A stretch of DNA of 64,000 nucleotides from Klebsiella pneumoniae (GTDB taxonomy: Bacteria; Pseudomonadota; Gammaproteobacteria; Eutrophobiales; Eutrophobiaceae), in NCBI GenBank assembly GCA_945870865.1, contig CAMBTO010000002.1, positions 22,535-86,534 of the forward strand. Reading direction: 5' to 3'. The translations under genes and the position numbers were made by a program. Each line of letters opens with the position of its first letter. Position 1 is the first letter of the stretch. This document shows, one piece after another, positions 1-9,769 of this stretch. The notes beneath the pieces are model-generated. The model ran no database searches and was not told the origin of the DNA. It saw nothing but the letters and a program-made list of their open reading frames with translations.

Positions 1-453
1 TTCCGTGCACTCGATGCAAACCCGCAGAAGATGGCGTTCAGCGAGGTCTACCAGGCCTTGCAGACCGGTGTGGTTGATGGCCAGGAAAACACCTGGTCAA
101 ACATCTTTACCCAGAAATTCCATGAAGTACAGGATTCGATTACCGAGACGAATCACGGTGTGATCCTGTATATGGTCATTGCCAATTCGGACTGGTGGGA
201 CAGTCTGCCGGCAGATATTCAGACCGGCCTGTCAGAGGCGATGAATGAAGCGACTGTCTATGCAAACCAGCTTGCCTTTGAAATCAATGAGAACGACCGC
301 AAGCAGATCAGTGATGCGGGCAAGGCGAAGATCCATACGTTGAGCGCAGACGATCTTACGGAGTGGCGTGAGAAGATGGAGCCGGTATGGAAGAAGTATG
401 AGACAGACATCGGCAAGGATTTGATAGACGCTGCATTGCAGTCAAATAACTGA
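1..453 (+). CDS. TRAP transporter solute-binding protein, DctP family (5'-partial; the ORF is open to the window start)
   Basis: The translation contains EVYQALQTGVVDGQENTWSNI, typical of the DctP family. The reading frame is open from base 1, and the gene is followed directly by DctQ and DctM genes. Confidence 0.75.
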   Translation, partial: FRALDANPQKMAFSEVYQALQTGVVDGQENTWSNIFTQKFHEVQDSITETNHGVILYMVIANSDWWDSLPADIQTGLSEAMNEATVYANQLAFEINENDRKQISDAGKAKIHTLSADDLTEWREKMEPVWKKYETDIGKDLIDAALQSNN

Positions 454-475
454 TCGCAGGTCAAGGATAAATCCT

Positions 476-1021
476 ATGAGAATGTGGCTTGAACAACTGG
501 AAGAAGGGCTGATTGCACTTCTACTGGCGATGATGACAATCATCACGTTTGCGCAGGTGATTGCCCGCTATGTCTTCAATTTCAGTTTTGTCTGGGCACT
601 TGAGCTGGTCACCTTCCTGTTTGCCTGGCTGATCTTTATCGGCATGGCCTACGGCGTGCGTGTCGGTTCGCATATCGGTATCGATGCTGCGGTAAAGCTA
701 CTTGGCCCACGGCTCGGCCGGGCGGTCACCCTTCTTGCGATTGTACTCTGTATCGTCTATTCCGTGCTGGTCCTGACCGGTTGCTGGACCTACATTACCA
801 AGATCTACCAGATTGGAAATGAGGCGAAAGATATCGCCATACCGATCTGGATCCCGCGGCTCGCGCTGCCAATTGGTTTTGCACTGCTGACCTACCGTTT
901 CTGCGAACTCTTGTACCTGACTGTCAGGGGGAGGTCCACACACCTGATCGGCGATGAGGCTGAGGAAGCACTGAAATTGCGCGTTATTGACGATAACGCC
1001 CCGGCGCAGGACCCGCGATGA
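476..1021 (+). CDS. TRAP transporter small permease (DctQ family)
   Basis: 181 aa with 4 predicted TM segments, and it lies between the DctP-like and DctM-like genes. The stop overlaps the DctM start (ATGA). Confidence 0.8.
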   Translation: MRMWLEQLEEGLIALLLAMMTIITFAQVIARYVFNFSFVWALELVTFLFAWLIFIGMAYGVRVGSHIGIDAAVKLLGPRLGRAVTLLAIVLCIVYSVLVLTGCWTYITKIYQIGNEAKDIAIPIWIPRLALPIGFALLTYRFCELLYLTVRGRSTHLIGDEAEEALKLRVIDDNAPAQDPR

Positions 1022-2295
1022 CTACGGCAGCACTCTTTATCATGTTGCTCGTGTTCATGCTGATTGGCATGCCAATCGCAGTGGCGCTTGGTCTGTCTTC
1101 GGTGCTGACCATCCTTTTTTTTAGTCAGGGATCACTCGCCGCTCTCGCGCTGAAGTTGCTGAATACGGCCGATCATTTTACCCTGCTGTCGATACCATTC
1201 TTTATCCTGTCAGGTACCTTCATGACGACCGGCGGTGTGGCCCGGCGCATGGTCCACTTTGCCAATGCCTGTATCGGCCATTTCCGTGGTGGCCTTGGCA
1301 TGGCCTCGGTGCTCGCCTGTATGCTGTTTGCTGCCGTATCAGGTTCATCTCCGGCGACCGTGGTGGCCGTCGGCTCTATTGTTATTGCTGGCATGGTCAA
1401 GTCCGGTTATTCACGTGATTTTGCTGCCGGTGTCATTTGCAATGCCGGTACGCTGGGGATCCTGATCCCGCCGTCAATTGTGATGGTAGTCTACGCCGCC
1501 TCAACCGAGACGTCGGTGGGGCAGTTGTTTCTGGCCGGTATCGTCCCTGGCATCGTGCTCGGTGTGATGATGATGTTCGCCATCTATGTGCGTGCGCGCA
1601 TGCTCAATTTGCCCTTGCAACCGCGTGCGTCCATGAAGGAGATACTGACTGCCGGACGCGAGTCCATGTGGGGCCTGATGTTACTCGTGATCATCCTTGG
1701 CGGTATCTATGGTGGTGTATTTACCCCGACCGAGGCCGCTGCTGTGGCCGCCGTCTATGCGTTTTTCGTGGCCATATTTGTTCATCGTGATATCACCATG
1801 AAGGATGTGCCGCGGGTGCTGGTTGATGCGGCAAAGATATCGGTCATGCTGATGTTCCTTATTGCGAATGCGATGTTGTTTGCCTATGTATTGACCACAG
1901 AACGGATACCGCAGGAGATAGCCGAACATATTATCGCGATGGGACTGTCACCCTGGCAGTTTTTGATCGTGGTCAACCTGTTGTTACTTGTCGCCGGTAA
2001 CTTTATGGAACCTACCGGCATTATCCTGATCTTGGCACCGATCCTGTTACCGATCGCTGTCCAGTTGGGTATCGATCCGGTACATTTCGGCATCATCATG
2101 GTGGTAAATATGGAAATCGGTATGGTGACACCGCCTGTTGGTCTGAACCTGTTTGTCACTTCCGGTATCACCGGCATGACGATCATGGAAGTGGTCCGTG
2201 CCGCAATGCCCTGGTTGTCGGTGTTGGTGGTGTTTCTGATCATGATTACCTATCTACCAACGATATCATTGTGGTTACCGGGACTGCTGTTCTAG
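1018..2295 (+). CDS. TRAP transporter large permease (DctM family)
   Basis: 425-aa polytopic membrane protein with the typical DctM length and hydrophobic pattern. It is translationally coupled to the preceding DctQ gene. Confidence 0.85.
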   Translation: MTTAALFIMLLVFMLIGMPIAVALGLSSVLTILFFSQGSLAALALKLLNTADHFTLLSIPFFILSGTFMTTGGVARRMVHFANACIGHFRGGLGMASVLACMLFAAVSGSSPATVVAVGSIVIAGMVKSGYSRDFAAGVICNAGTLGILIPPSIVMVVYAASTETSVGQLFLAGIVPGIVLGVMMMFAIYVRARMLNLPLQPRASMKEILTAGRESMWGLMLLVIILGGIYGGVFTPTEAAAVAAVYAFFVAIFVHRDITMKDVPRVLVDAAKISVMLMFLIANAMLFAYVLTTERIPQEIAEHIIAMGLSPWQFLIVVNLLLLVAGNFMEPTGIILILAPILLPIAVQLGIDPVHFGIIMVVNMEIGMVTPPVGLNLFVTSGITGMTIMEVVRAAMPWLSVLVVFLIMITYLPTISLWLPGLLF

Positions 2296-2396
2296 AACAG
2301 AGTAGTCGGGACTGACGGGTATTGAAGTCAGAAAAACGTTGTTACAGTTTTATGTATATCGGCAGTAGTACACGGGTTAATCCAGCGGGGGGGCGT

Positions 2397-3377
2397 ATGA
2401 AATACAGTTATCTCACAAGGCTGTACTGCTTATTAGCGGTCATTCTCTCGGTCGGTCAGGTACAGGGCCAGACTATCGAACGGCTGGATCCTGCGCTTGA
2501 CGAGCTGATCTCTGTAGACGCAAAACCGGAGCTGATCACCGATCTGGGTGAAGGCGCCTCGGTAGAGGGTGGCGTCTGGAAAGAGGATGCGTCATTACCT
2601 GATGGAGGTTACTTCCTGTTCAGCAACCGGGGCCCGCGACAGATTTCCAGGTGGTCACCCAATACGGAACTTACAATGGCCTATGACCTGCAGAAAATTT
2701 TGCCGGACATGGAGGCTGAGAGTTCTTCCTCCAGCGGGACCGCGCTGGATCCGGAAGGCCGGCTGGTGTTTTGTGCCGGTGCATCACACTCGGTCATACG
2801 CCTTGAAAAGGATGGGACACCAACCGTACTCGCCCACCTGACCAACGGCCTGCCGCTGCATCGACCCAACGATCTGGTCATAAAGAACAATGGTTCAATC
2901 TTCTTCACCGACAACTCGCGTGACGAGACCGGCAAGGTGCCAGCGGCCGTGTATCTGATCAAGGACGGCAAGATGACGCAGATTATCAAGGGCGGCGGTA
3001 TTACCGGACCGAACGGGATTACGCTGTCGCCGGATGGCAAGGTGCTGTACGTGAACAACTCTCCTACACGTACAGTGTATCGTTACGACGTACTGGCGGA
3101 TGATACCGTGGCTAATGAAAAACTGTTTATCGACATGAGCGGGCGCAAGGAAGAGGGCACGACCGACGGTATCAAGACAGACGCGCAGGGTAATATCTAC
3201 AACACCGGACCGGGCGGAGTATGGATCATCTCACCGGAAGGCAAACATCTAGGCACAATACGCACACCGGAACGGCTGACCAATCTTGCCTTCGGCGGCA
3301 AGGATGGCAAGACATTGTTTCTGGTAGGCCATCAGATGCTGTTTCATATGCAGGTGAAGGTCGGAGGAATAAATTAA
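2397..3377 (+). CDS. secreted SMP-30/gluconolactonase/LRE-family beta-propeller protein
   Basis: Start chosen at the internal ATG (MKYSYLTRLYCLLAVILSVGQVQGQ), which gives a signal peptide. The GPNGITLSPDGKVLYVNN motif is typical of SMP-30/gluconolactonase/LRE proteins. The longer ORF from 2322 has no signal peptide and a non-proteinlike N-terminus. Confidence 0.6.
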   Translation: MKYSYLTRLYCLLAVILSVGQVQGQTIERLDPALDELISVDAKPELITDLGEGASVEGGVWKEDASLPDGGYFLFSNRGPRQISRWSPNTELTMAYDLQKILPDMEAESSSSSGTALDPEGRLVFCAGASHSVIRLEKDGTPTVLAHLTNGLPLHRPNDLVIKNNGSIFFTDNSRDETGKVPAAVYLIKDGKMTQIIKGGGITGPNGITLSPDGKVLYVNNSPTRTVYRYDVLADDTVANEKLFIDMSGRKEEGTTDGIKTDAQGNIYNTGPGGVWIISPEGKHLGTIRTPERLTNLAFGGKDGKTLFLVGHQMLFHMQVKVGGIN

Positions 3378-3545
3378 CAGTTTCAGTTGACTCTCAAACT
3401 GAGGAGCAGCCGCCTGCATAGTATTGTGAAAGACCGTGTGCCGCAGGGATGCGGAACCCGAGCCTACATGGATGTATTTACGGCATGTCTGGAACGATAC
3501 TATGCAGGTGGCTGCTCGGCCACCAAAGCCAATGCCCTTATATAA

Positions 3546-5711
3546 CTAGAAACTCCCCGTCAGCACCAGATTGACCCGCCGCCCCACATCGCGTTCGCGT
3601 AACAGATACGAATTGATCGGCGTCAGCCCACGTTCACCTGTGTAGATAGTCCGTTCGCGGAACTCGTCATATTTGAACAGGTTATGTCCCTCTATTCGCG
3701 CCTTGATACCGAACCAGCGAGTGGTCTCAACAAAGACACTGGCGAGCACGCCTTCGTTTGAAAGCTCTTCTTCATTCACCTTGAACGCCGGTCGCACCGC
3801 CTGTTCTGCCATGCGCCAGCCCCAGGCAATTCGTTCGGCCTCCAAATCCTGGCGGTAGGAGACATCAATCACATACTCGTTGCCCTGTCTGAACTTGATG
3901 TCCGGCACACCGCGAAAACCGGTGACGGCTGTCAGTACCCGATCTTGGCCGGTAACCGGGTCGACGACGGTCGAGTCCTGCCAGCGAAACTTGCTGTCCA
4001 GTTTGGCGCCGACGAGACCGAGCAAGGACAGTGGCAGCGTGGTCTCCACCTCAACGCCCCAGCGTCTGCCATCACCGATATTACCCGGTACTTCAAAATC
4101 CGCTGTGAGCGGTAACAGATCCAGCACATCGGTGATCCAGTGGTGAAAAGCGGTGACCTTGAGTACACCGGAATCGCCAAAGCGATGTTCATGGCCAATC
4201 TCGCCTACCCATGTGCGATCCGGACGCAGGTTCGGGTTACCAAGTGCGAGATCATCGTCTTCGAACACGGTCGTGCTGATAAAATCAGCAAAGTCGAGTT
4301 GCGCCACCTCGCGGGCCAGACGTATGCGTGTCTGCTGTCCCTTGGCATGGGTATAGCTGAGTGACGATTGCGGGGAGACGAAGAAAAATTCGCGTTTTAA
4401 TTCGGCATCACCCGTTTGCGAAATCTGTGATACCTCGGCACCGAGTCCGTAATCAAGCTCGAACTTGCCCAGTGACCAGGTATCTTTCAACAGAAAATCG
4501 CCGCGTGACTCTTCCACCAGCGAATTGCCGCCGGGTACAACGACTTCAATTATGCCGGCCCCGGTGTTCTCCGCCTGAAACAGTGTGCCGTCGAGCCGGT
4601 TATAGGCCCCTTCGACATTCAGCTGGATGGCATGGTTCGGCAACGTAGTCCAGTCGAGCTCCAGCCGCGTAATGGCCTCCCGCGTTTTACTGATCGTATC
4701 GGCCTGCCTGAACAATAGCTGGATGCCTTGTGTGGTTGCGGATGTCTGGGTCGAGGTGACGTCGGACAGTTTGTCGGTAAACAGCGCGATGACCTTGCCT
4801 GACAGTGTGTCGGTCAGTTCATGTTCGGCATCAATACCCAGCTCGTAGGTTTCGCTGTGTTGTGAATATTTGACCAGATTCTCGCGTGGTTTGCCGCTGA
4901 CGGGGATACGATGTGAGGCATGGCGTTCCGGACTGTTGCCTAGCCCGAACTTGCCATTGATATGCATAAAGGTATCGCCAAGCCAGGATGTGGCATTCAT
5001 GAACAGCCCGGTACTGAATCCGGTTTCCTTCTGTGTCTCATCACGTGTTTCAGTCAGTGTGTGCGTCGCGTCATATACGTACTCATTGCCGAGCTCACCG
5101 TTGCCGTCACGTAACATGTCCGCACCAAAATTATATTCAATGTCCTTCCAGCGGTCCGCGATAGAGGCCTTGACACCGGCCCGCAGCGGACTGGCCGTGC
5201 TGTACAGCGCATAGGTCTCCCAGCTGATTGCGGCGGCGGCATCTTCGGCCAGCTGCACGTCCACCACGGTGGATTGCCCGCGCAGATCTATACCTTTCAC
5301 CTGTCCGCGTATCACCTTGATCCCGGTAACTTGACTGGCGGGGATACGGGACAACAGGGCGGAAGGCTGGTCCTGTTTGGCGCTGGGAAACTGACCGTTG
5401 ATCAGGATATTTCCCGCGGCACCGGCAAAGCCTCGCGAGTCATCACCGTCATCGACCAGAAATCCAGGCACCTGTTTGACCATATCAAGCGCGGTATTCG
5501 GCTTGTAACGTGCAAAAAATGACGCCGCATATTCAACCACGGGTGATGAATCATCCACAGTTGGTATGACGTCCTGGGCAAATGCCGTGATACCAACACC
5601 CGGCAGTATCAGCAGTGACAGTATATGCAGGCAGATTATCTGCCTCGGTAGACGGGTAATCCGGCACAGTTGTTTCAATAGTGATGTTTGTGAATGATTC
5701 TTGACTGACAC
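3546..5711 (-). CDS. TonB-dependent outer-membrane receptor (paralog A)
   Basis: 721 aa with an N-terminal plug-like region (ALDMVKQVPGF...GAAGNILINGQ) and a long beta-rich body ending in an aromatic residue (…LTGSF). It is ~65-70% identical over the C-terminal 300 aa to the ORF at 7580-9712. Confidence 0.7.
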   Translation of the reverse strand: MSVKNHSQTSLLKQLCRITRLPRQIICLHILSLLILPGVGITAFAQDVIPTVDDSSPVVEYAASFFARYKPNTALDMVKQVPGFLVDDGDDSRGFAGAAGNILINGQFPSAKQDQPSALLSRIPASQVTGIKVIRGQVKGIDLRGQSTVVDVQLAEDAAAAISWETYALYSTASPLRAGVKASIADRWKDIEYNFGADMLRDGNGELGNEYVYDATHTLTETRDETQKETGFSTGLFMNATSWLGDTFMHINGKFGLGNSPERHASHRIPVSGKPRENLVKYSQHSETYELGIDAEHELTDTLSGKVIALFTDKLSDVTSTQTSATTQGIQLLFRQADTISKTREAITRLELDWTTLPNHAIQLNVEGAYNRLDGTLFQAENTGAGIIEVVVPGGNSLVEESRGDFLLKDTWSLGKFELDYGLGAEVSQISQTGDAELKREFFFVSPQSSLSYTHAKGQQTRIRLAREVAQLDFADFISTTVFEDDDLALGNPNLRPDRTWVGEIGHEHRFGDSGVLKVTAFHHWITDVLDLLPLTADFEVPGNIGDGRRWGVEVETTLPLSLLGLVGAKLDSKFRWQDSTVVDPVTGQDRVLTAVTGFRGVPDIKFRQGNEYVIDVSYRQDLEAERIAWGWRMAEQAVRPAFKVNEEELSNEGVLASVFVETTRWFGIKARIEGHNLFKYDEFRERTIYTGERGLTPINSYLLRERDVGRRVNLVLTGSF

Positions 5712-6045
5712 GAACGAATACCTCGGCTATAAGACCGCGCGCAGATTACCATTTACTGTGGGTTTTTGATATTAGGGTGGTTTTTGGACGCACAAAGGTT
5801 GCATGTACTGTATTAATCAACAAATCCCGATATCGCCTTCCGCAAAGAGTGATTTACAGTTATCAACCTTTTTTATAACCGTCAGTGGAAACGGGTAGAA
5901 CCCATTTTTACGTATAGCCTGCCAGCAGTTTTGCATTGTTAAGTACGGAGTATCTTTGCGGGGTATACAGACATTTACACCATGTAATTATCAAAACATT
6001 TCAATTAGATAGGCTCTTAGTTCGGTCCCGTTCATTGCCGCACAG

Positions 6046-6318
6046 GTGTATCTGGGCGATACAGGACTTTACCTGGCTGCCGGTATTGCGGGACTGACTG
6101 ACGTTGACGCAATCACGCTGGCAATGGCAGACCTCACCCGGTCTGACGGGAGTAATCTCAATATCGCATCGCGTGCCATTGTCATTGCTGTCCTTGCCAA
6201 TACCTTCGTCAAGAGCAGTATGGCCGCCAGTCTGGGTTCGATTAAACTGCGCAGGATTACACTGCCACTATCAGGTGCGTTGTTTGCAGCAGGCATTGCG
6301 GCGATATTGCTAATCTGA
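6046..6318 (+). pseudogene. orphan C-terminal fragment of a DUF4010/MgtC-like membrane protein (GTG-initiated 90-aa ORF; likely gene remnant)
   Basis: The GLTDVDAITLAMADL...AIVIAVLANTFVKSSMA motif resembles the C-terminus of DUF4010 proteins. There is an in-frame stop 36 bp upstream, so the N-terminal ~300 aa expected for the family are absent. Confidence 0.35.
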
Positions 6319-6379
6319 TCCGAAAAGTCGTGATCAGGTAATTACACGACAAATATTGAATTCCCTCCATGTGTATCTG

Positions 6380-7372
6380 TTACTGGTCCAGCGTACTGTG
6401 GGCCATCACTTCATCCAGTTTCATCAGCCGTGGCGTGAGTCCCTGCTCGAAAGAATATTGCGCGGCGGTTTCCAGCACCTTCCGGTTTGCCTTAATACCG
6501 TGACGCACGACAGCTTCCTGCAAGGCCTTTGCCGCGTCCGTTGAAATCAGACCGGTGGTGACGTGGTAGTCCACATGTTCCATACGTTGCCTGTTGGTTA
6601 ACTCGTTGGCCTGTTCAAACGCCTTTAACAGGTTAAGCACGACCCAGGGGTGTTTTTCGACAATCTCACGACGCACAACCATGCCGTGATTGATTGGGTA
6701 AATGCCGGTCTTGCGGTAGTAACGTATGCCCTCGGCCTGAGGATCAGGAAACAGTGATCGAATGTCGGGGTGATTGTGCAGGTCGGCGGTACTGCGGTCG
6801 ACCAGGTTATTGTGACGCAGATAATGGATGACCGCATCCAGTTCGCCTGCAAGCATCATTGAGCCGATATTTTTCTCCGGCGGGATCGGGTTGATGGTCA
6901 CACCCGGTGGCGCCTTGAAGCCCACGCTGGCGGCATGGCTGTGTGTTGGTACGCGTTCCATCCAGTGCTGCATGTCCTGTTGGGGTACACCAAATTCATG
7001 CTGGAGTATGCCGCGCGTCCATAACGCAGCGGTTTGCTGGTATTCCGGCACACCCACACGACGACCCTTCAGATCGGCGGGTGTCTTTATCCCTGACTCC
7101 TTGCGCACCAGGATTTCGGTATGGAAGAATTTGCGGGTGGTAAAGATCGGCAGCCCGACCCAGCGGTCATCGCCTCCGGCCACAGCCATCATCAGTGACG
7201 AAAATGACATCTCGGACAAATCAAAATCGGCAAACTTCAGTTGCCGCCAGAACATCTCGGATGGATGTAATACGGTCGGTATCAGATCGATTCCGTCTGG
7301 CTGTACGCGTCCATCCAGAATGGGCCAGGTGCGCGGGTTAGAGGCAAGGGCAATACTGAGTTGCAGTTTCAT
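6380..7372 (-). CDS. 4,5-dihydroxyphthalate decarboxylase-family protein (NMT1/THI5-like periplasmic-binding fold)
   Basis: 330 aa. The N-terminus MKLQLSIAL...LDGRVQPDGIDL...FWRQL.FDLSEMS...LKGRRVGV...RGILQHEFGV matches the conserved signature of the Pht5-type decarboxylase family as I recall it. Confidence 0.55.
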   Translation of the reverse strand: MKLQLSIALASNPRTWPILDGRVQPDGIDLIPTVLHPSEMFWRQLKFADFDLSEMSFSSLMMAVAGGDDRWVGLPIFTTRKFFHTEILVRKESGIKTPADLKGRRVGVPEYQQTAALWTRGILQHEFGVPQQDMQHWMERVPTHSHAASVGFKAPPGVTINPIPPEKNIGSMMLAGELDAVIHYLRHNNLVDRSTADLHNHPDIRSLFPDPQAEGIRYYRKTGIYPINHGMVVRREIVEKHPWVVLNLLKAFEQANELTNRQRMEHVDYHVTTGLISTDAAKALQEAVVRHGIKANRKVLETAAQYSFEQGLTPRLMKLDEVMAHSTLDQ

Positions 7373-7579
7373 CGATTCCTTTGTCGGCCTGCGTACAGGC
7401 AGTAATTTTATGTGTTATCAGAGTCAGATTAACAAAACAGACCGCTGTTACACAAATGTTACACAAACAAATCAGTACAGATCTACGGAGATTGTATTGC
7501 TCTTACCTATAATTGCTGTAAAACCGGTCGTTCACAAGGTATCCTGTGGCTTCAAGAAAAATTCAATATCAGGTAAAAA

Positions 7580-9712
7580 ATGCGCTACAGTGAATTTATT
7601 GTTTGTCTGTTTACGGCCTCAATCGTTGCCGTCGGCCCCGCTTATGGACAGGGGAGTGACAGTAAGGCCACGTCTGACGTGGCCCTGTCCACTGCAGGTG
7701 CCGGTTCGGAACTGGTCAGTTATCCAGCTGATTTTTTTCATAAATTCAAGCCACTGACAGCACTTGATATGGTGCGACAGGTCCCCGGCTTTCAACTTGA
7801 AGAGAGTGTGGACGGTCCTCGCGGTTTTGCCGCCGGCGCGGGTAATCTTCTGATCAATGATCAACGTCCCAGCGCGAAGCAGGACCTGCCCTCGGCGATA
7901 CTGTCACGTATTCCCGCAGGCAATGTCGAGCGTATCGAGCTGATACTGGGTCAGGTGCGTGGTATCGATCTGCGTGGCCAGTCCTCGCTGATAAATATCA
8001 TCCTGCATGAAGACAGTCCGGGCGCGGTCAAGTGGGAGGGGGCGGTGCTGGTCCCGTTCAAACACGGTCCTTTGACACCGATAGTCAATGTTTCACTTTC
8101 AGATAAATGGAATGAAATAGAGTACAGCACGGGCCTGTCGATGACAGGCAACTCCTATGGTCGTCACGGGCTGGATCAGCTTTTTAATGGCAACGGTATC
8201 CTCACCGAAAACCGGTTTGATAACCGGGAAAACCGGATTAAAACCTGGAAAGGCAATTTCAATGCCGTCTCCCTGCTGACGGGAGGTACGCTGGTCAAGC
8301 TGAATACGGTTTTCACCCATGAGTCTCGTGACCAGTTTCTGGTTTCGGACCGAGTCCCTGAGGCGGCAGGCAGTCCTCCTCGGGTCGAGACATTCGATGA
8401 TAATCTGAAAGCACCGGGTCTTGAGATCGGACTCGACGCAGAACGTAATCTCTATAACGACCTGACCGGCAAGGCCATCCTGCTGTTCTACCGCAAGGAC
8501 GAGCAGACTTACCGTACCCAGCGTGTGCTGTATACCCTGGGGAACCAGACATCCTTCCGTGTGGCCGAAGGTGATGGTATCGCGACCGAACTTATCACCC
8601 GTGTTGAATTTGACTGGCGTGGTCTGCCCGAGCAGACGCTGCAGCTGAATCTGGAGCGGGCCTATAACAGTCTGGACCGCACACTGCAATCCACGCTCGA
8701 TAGCGGCAGTGGACCGGTTGCGTTTGACGTGCCGGGCGCTGATTCGCTGGTAAAGGAAGAGCGTTACGACCTGTTGTTACAGGACACCTGGTCACGCGGC
8801 AGGCTGCAGGTGGATCTGGGTCTGGGCGCCGAGGCCTCGACCATTACCCAGAGCGGCGACGCTGAGCAACAACGTGATTTCTTTTTTGTGAAACCCCAGG
8901 GTGTACTGACCTATACCCGGGAACAGGGCGGTCAGACCCGCCTGCGGATTGCGCGAGAGGTTGCACAACTTGATCTGACTGACTTTGTCAGTGCCACCCT
9001 GTTTGAAGATGATGACCTTGCGCTCGGCAATCCCGATATCCAGCCGGATACCACCTGGATCAGTGAGATCAGCCATGAACGCCGTTTTGGTGATGTAACC
9101 GTGGTCAAGCTGACCACCTATCATCACTGGATAGCGAATGTGCTCGACCTGCTGCCGTTGACGCCGACGTTTGAGGTGCCGGGAAATATCGGTGACGGTA
9201 GACGTTGGGGTGTCGAACTGGAGGCTACGCTGCCACTCGAATGGCTCGGCCTGACCGGGGCAAAGGTTGATGTGAAAACGCGCTGGCAGGATTCGACCGT
9301 GGTTGATCCGGTGACCGGTCAGGACCGCATACTGTCGAGTATCGAAGGCGATTTTCCGATTTTATACAATGTACCAAACCGCCACGGCTACAGCGTGGAC
9401 TATCGTCAGGACTTCGAGGCCTCACGTGTGGCCTGGGGCTGGACGTTGATATCACGCGGTGAACGCCCGTTGTTCAAGGTGAATGAACTGGAGGTTTACG
9501 ACGAGACGCCGGACCTTAACATGTTTATCGAAACGACGCGTTGGCTCGGTATCAAGGTGCGCCTGTCAACCCAGAACGTGCTGGATACACCGGGGTCACG
9601 AAATCGTACCGTGTTTACCGGTCAGCGCGACCTCAGTCCGATCAGGTTCCGTGAGGTACGTGAGCGGTATCGCGACAAGTCGGTCACTCTGACGTTCAGC
9701 GGGGTATACTGA
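7580..9712 (+). CDS. TonB-dependent outer-membrane receptor (paralog B)
   Basis: 710 aa with a signal peptide (…AVGPAYGQ) and a plug motif (ALDMVRQVPGF…GAGNLLINDQRP…NVERIELI), ending with an aromatic C-terminus (…FSGVY). It is a paralog of 3546-5711. Confidence 0.7.
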   Translation: MRYSEFIVCLFTASIVAVGPAYGQGSDSKATSDVALSTAGAGSELVSYPADFFHKFKPLTALDMVRQVPGFQLEESVDGPRGFAAGAGNLLINDQRPSAKQDLPSAILSRIPAGNVERIELILGQVRGIDLRGQSSLINIILHEDSPGAVKWEGAVLVPFKHGPLTPIVNVSLSDKWNEIEYSTGLSMTGNSYGRHGLDQLFNGNGILTENRFDNRENRIKTWKGNFNAVSLLTGGTLVKLNTVFTHESRDQFLVSDRVPEAAGSPPRVETFDDNLKAPGLEIGLDAERNLYNDLTGKAILLFYRKDEQTYRTQRVLYTLGNQTSFRVAEGDGIATELITRVEFDWRGLPEQTLQLNLERAYNSLDRTLQSTLDSGSGPVAFDVPGADSLVKEERYDLLLQDTWSRGRLQVDLGLGAEASTITQSGDAEQQRDFFFVKPQGVLTYTREQGGQTRLRIAREVAQLDLTDFVSATLFEDDDLALGNPDIQPDTTWISEISHERRFGDVTVVKLTTYHHWIANVLDLLPLTPTFEVPGNIGDGRRWGVELEATLPLEWLGLTGAKVDVKTRWQDSTVVDPVTGQDRILSSIEGDFPILYNVPNRHGYSVDYRQDFEASRVAWGWTLISRGERPLFKVNELEVYDETPDLNMFIETTRWLGIKVRLSTQNVLDTPGSRNRTVFTGQRDLSPIRFREVRERYRDKSVTLTFSGVY

Positions 9713-9743
9713 AAAAAAACCCCGTCACCAGGACGGGGTTTTA
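9713..9743. terminator. bidirectional rho-independent terminator between the TonB-dependent receptor B gene and the PEP-CTERM gene
   Basis: The sequence is an A-run, then CCCCGTC-accagg-GACGGGG, then TTTT. The GC-rich 7-bp stem is flanked by A and T tracts. Confidence 0.6.
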
Positions 9744-9769
9744 AAGACTACGGGGACTACGGTTGGTGA

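Noticed and set aside
2322-2396. Longer N-terminal extension of the gluconolactonase-like ORF (MKSEKRCYSFMYIGSSTRVNPAGGR)
   Set aside because: Non-proteinlike composition, no RBS, and the internal ATG gives a canonical signal peptide.
4140-4364. Plus-strand ORF similar in sequence to minus-strand ORF 8792-9127 (both FMA(N/D)L…VELRHLAGQ-like)
   Set aside because: The similarity is a by-product of the two TonB-receptor genes being paralogs. Both are antisense overprints, not an independent gene family.
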